Shown piece after piece: positions 60,118-64,000 of a stretch of DNA of 64,000 bases. Source of the DNA: Bugula neritina (lineage: Eukaryota > Animalia > Bryozoa); assembly GCA_964035545.1 (NCBI GenBank), contig OZ037765.1, forward strand, positions 29,635,504 through 29,699,503, given 5' to 3'. The position numbers and the translations under genes are program-made. Every line of letters begins with the position of its first letter. Within the stretch, counting starts at the first letter, position 1. Under the pieces are notes generated by a model. The model was not told where the DNA came from. It did not search any database and was given only the letters and a program-made list of their open reading frames with translations.

Positions 60118-63100
60118 CTAAACTCCATCTCCAGCTCCTCCTTTTGCAATTTCTGGAGGGTCTTTGGCCGAAGCTGGTTGCTGTATGAGAACTCTGATCA
60201 TCTCAATTTTCTGACCACTATCATTGGTTATCTCAATATTAGCACTCTGTCTGATCATCGGCTCTGTCAAACACCAAAGTAAAACAAGTTTACAACTATG
60301 TTGTTTATGAATTATAATTAGCGAGTTCTTGCACTGGGATTTAACTACCAAATACAAAGATGAAGATTTATGTTTATAATGATTGATAAGACATTCGAGC
60401 TTCGAAGATATCGCATTATTTAATATTCAGAGAACTTCTCATTATACAAAATTCTGCTAGACTTCAACTCCTGCCTCAAACCAGTAATATTCTCTGCACA
60501 AACAAATTCCGGGTACGGTTCTTTTGCCAGTGGGGGAAAGAGGTTATAAAAACATAATAAATTACGATACACACTTTCAGTGAAACAAATTTTTAAAAGC
60601 TCCACGATGAAGAATTGTTGATGATTCACTCTGCACTGCACTGTAGTTACTTCCTCAAACTGTTGGAACTACACTCAGCTTACAAGTGCTACTGGCACTA
60701 GATCTGGAGGAGACATACCAGTTGAACGTCTGGACCGCAGGGACTCGTGGGTCTTCTTATGCTTTGTCAAGTGATCACTCCTCATGAACCTCTTGTCACA
60801 GTGAGGGCATTTAAACTTCTTCTCTCCTAGAAATTAGAAGCAGTCATTCACGTTGTGTAGATGGCATAGAATTGTAAACATTTTAATTCATTTGTGAGAA
60901 TATGGTATATAGAAAAATTATAAACATGAAACAAACAAATATATATTATAAATAGTATGTACTTACTACAATCAAATTAAAATAGTTATCAAAAAAGAAC
61001 GAGATTTACGACATAAAATGACTACGTTTAGTGTAAAAGCTAAAACAACAGGTAATCATTTCATTTTATAATTAAAAGATGGTACTGCTTTTTGTAATAA
61101 ATATTATTGTAACACTTTTTAGCTCAATTAGATACACACTTAATAAAACAGACTTCCCAAGCAAAATCTGTCCGTATATCAAGGTATGACTTAAAAAATC
61201 ATTCAAGACATGAGGTTGATGTACCTGTATGAGTACGTCTGTGTCTCTGTAACTCGTCGGATCTCGTAAACTTCTTATCACAATGAGGCCAATGACAGAC
61301 AAATGGTCTGTCCCCCGTGTGACCTCTACAACACCCCCAACATAAAGCAGCTAGAACTACGCATGATGTTATAGTAGAGCTCAGTGATATAAGAAAATAT
61401 AAACAGCAATAAAGACATTTTTCTCAGCTAATAGAAACGTAGAACACGCTGATTTAACAGGAGTACAAGAGAAGTGAAATACGCTATCAAGCTTTAGAAG
61501 TGTCACTTAACTAAAAGATGCATGATATACTTGCACTGCTTGATAATAGCCATAAAATTTAATTATAAATACTATATTATTACATAAAATAAAAAAAGGG
61601 AGTTGGATTTATATGTTACCTAAGATGAGCCCGCAGATGTGAGGTTTTCCAGTAAACTTTACCACAATTCTCAATATGACAGATATGCTGCTTCCTTTTC
61701 ACCTCTCCATTGGCACTATTGGCATCATTATGAAACAAAATACCAAAAATTATTCTTACTGAGAACTTTACTAAACTTTATGTTTTCAGTCTCAGATCAT
61801 ACAGCCATAAAAAATAGTCCCAACTTTTTAAATACAAAACTCACTAGTTGCGATCATTGTTGCCATCTTTGCAGTTTGGACAAGTGCAGGCATGCCTCCT
61901 TTGTCTTTTAGGAGGCTGACTAGCAGTCGCAACAGACACTGACGTGGCGTCTGAAGGATTTTCGACTATTACCCATTTGCTGGGATCGTTAGGGTCTTGC
62001 TGGAGATGAAGAGCTATACAAAAATCAAGCATTTCTATAAGCAGCAACTACACCCTCCACATAACATAAGATGGGCACTATGCTGAGTCACAATGAGAAG
62101 AGTAAGAGAACTTACAAGGAGTGGAAGACGTACTAGATGTTGCTGTCTGCACTTGTATAACTGAAGATCCAGTGCTGCTACCTGGAAGTGGGATGCTCTA
62201 AAATAAAGTTATTGCAACACATTATTATAGTAGACATCTGTACAGCATATGAGGGAATTACAAGAAGAGAAATATTTTCATTACCTGAGGTTGAGAGAAG
62301 CCAGAAACTACAGGAATGGTGGTTGGTCCCAGAGGTTGGACAGCTTCGAGAGAAGTAAAGTCCGTTTTATTATCGAAATTATTGGCATCCACAAGGATGG
62401 CATTACTTATTGGTTTCACCCCAGTATCACCTGATTCATCAGTTGAGGAAGCAGGTACAAGCATGTAGCCCGCAGATGTTTGTACAAGTTGCGAACCAAC
62501 TGCAGAAATTTCACCGCTACCACTTGATTTTAAATTTTTTTGTACTGCTGATCGAGTCTGTTTTGATGGTTTCAACTGAACTTGGCTATCTGCCAGAGCT
62601 GCCGCAATAATACCTTCTGCCTGTTGAGTAGAAGCAGACGAAGGTTGAAGAAGAGAGCCTGTGTTAATTGGAATCGGAACAGTTCCGATCTGTATAGTCT
62701 GATAAATTGTCTGACCATTGGCAGTAGACACGGGCATTTGTATAAATGAAGGTACTTGCTGAACTGTTTGTCCATTTGATTGGATAATAATAGGGTTTCC
62801 TGTTGGAAGAGAGGGAATTGGTATAGTATTTTGGGCAGAAATCTGCAAAGGTTTTGTTGACTGGCCTGCTAATTGAAGCACAGTACCAGTACTACTAACA
62901 TCAGTACTCGGGCCAGATCTAGTAAGAGCTTGGCCAGCAAGCTGCAATACAGTAGGGTTGTTGGTAGATTCTGTTGCAGTTTGTGCAGGTATGAACAGAG
63001 CTTCATGGCCACCAATGTTTATGGTTTGCATCTGAGGTAACAATGTAACATTTGGTATAATAGACATGGTGTTTCCTTCCTGGTTTATGGTAATTGTGTT

Positions 63101-63434
63101 GTTGTGATTAACTGAATTGGAGCTAATAGAATTAGTGTTAACGGTCATTTCTGCAGACAGTGCATTAGTTGAGGAGGTTGTGGCAGGTGAGCCTTGCGTC
63201 ATGCTTGTTGATGCATCAATTTTAGCCACTTCAGGTACAATTACTGACTGCTTAGGAACACCACCAATACGACTGCATGTTTGAGCAAGCATTGCTAATG
63301 GGGAAGGTGTTATGTCCTGTTGGGGAAAAAAGAAAGCAAGACACACATCAATTATGTTAGGGTTTCATTATTGGCAAAATGTAAGCACTTGACAACTCTA
63401 AAACTCTAAAAACAGATTTACAATACTGCTAGTA

Positions 63435-63469
<35 letters not shown>

Positions 63470-63924
63470 ACTATTACTACTATTCCTAGTCCTACTAGGA
63501 CTATTTTTGGCCTTGTTATTATTATTTGATCTTTCACCTTTGCAGAGACAATCAATCATTAATTTTAAATGAAGTTGCAACAATTATAAATATATATTAT
63601 ATCAATATGTCACTTATAACTTAATTACTTATAAATATAAGTTATAACTTATAAGAGTAAGATTTAAGAGTAACACTAAAAGTAAGTAAAACTAACACCA
63701 AGTCTAAGTCTAAGAGCAACTGTAAGTGTAACTGTAACACTAAGATTTAGATTATAATATAAACATTAACAATAATTATAACGATTCAGATTCAGATTGA
63801 GATTTAGTTTTCGAGTGTAAATTCGAGCTGTTTAATTTCTGGACTGAACATAGCTAAAAATTACCTGTTGAGACACTGGTGTCTCTGTAACATAGCCTGG
63901 CATGGAGGAATTTTCTGTAGACAT
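60118..63924 (-). CDS. Sp1-4: Sp-family zinc-finger transcription factor, Sp1-4 clade. Exons 63924-63865 (start tentative), 63316-62285, 62197-62116, 62013-61845, 61715-61620, 61325-61225, 60826-60719, 60263-60118
   Basis: Sp box [14 protein letters not shown], long Q/S/T-rich region, Btd box [12 protein letters not shown], three fingers ([32 protein letters not shown]). Phases are compatible. Confidence 0.94.
63423..63500. repeat. (CTA)n/(CTG)n trinucleotide tract in Sp intron 1
   Basis: Directly visible. Confidence 0.9.
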
Positions 63925-64000
63925 AACTTAGTGCCTGCTTCGTTTAAAAAGTGTTTCCAGTTTCAACTCGAAATTCACTCATGTTTCACCCTCAAAGCCA

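Overview
AT-rich, intron-containing animal (invertebrate) genomic DNA; most short ORFs in the track are exons or repeat artefacts. Splicing by hand with GT-AG and phase checks gives the following. (1) At 1-18.4 kb, a tandem array of three minus-strand 7-exon genes for a type II membrane-anchored 'short-chain collagen C4' (spongin/NC1-like) protein: copy A runs off the left edge, copy B is intact (392 aa), copy C is disrupted. Inverted genomic remnants of the same gene and copy-specific MITE-like insertions lie between and within the copies. (2) Head-to-head with that array, a 6-exon gene (about 909 aa) fuses a long ankyrin-repeat region to a caspase with an intact His/Cys dyad but SFCRG instead of QACRG. 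Its first intron carries a sense-strand type I hammerhead ribozyme with a complete core, inside a Penelope-like repeat. (3) KLF6/7, OLA1, an uncharacterised coiled-coil/CAP-Gly gene and an Sp1-4 gene. (4) Micro- and minisatellites and tRNA-derived SINE-like heads. The strongest candidate for a new system is the ankyrin-caspase with its intronic ribozyme, next to a diversifying collagen-like receptor array. All gene models are manual predictions without transcript support.
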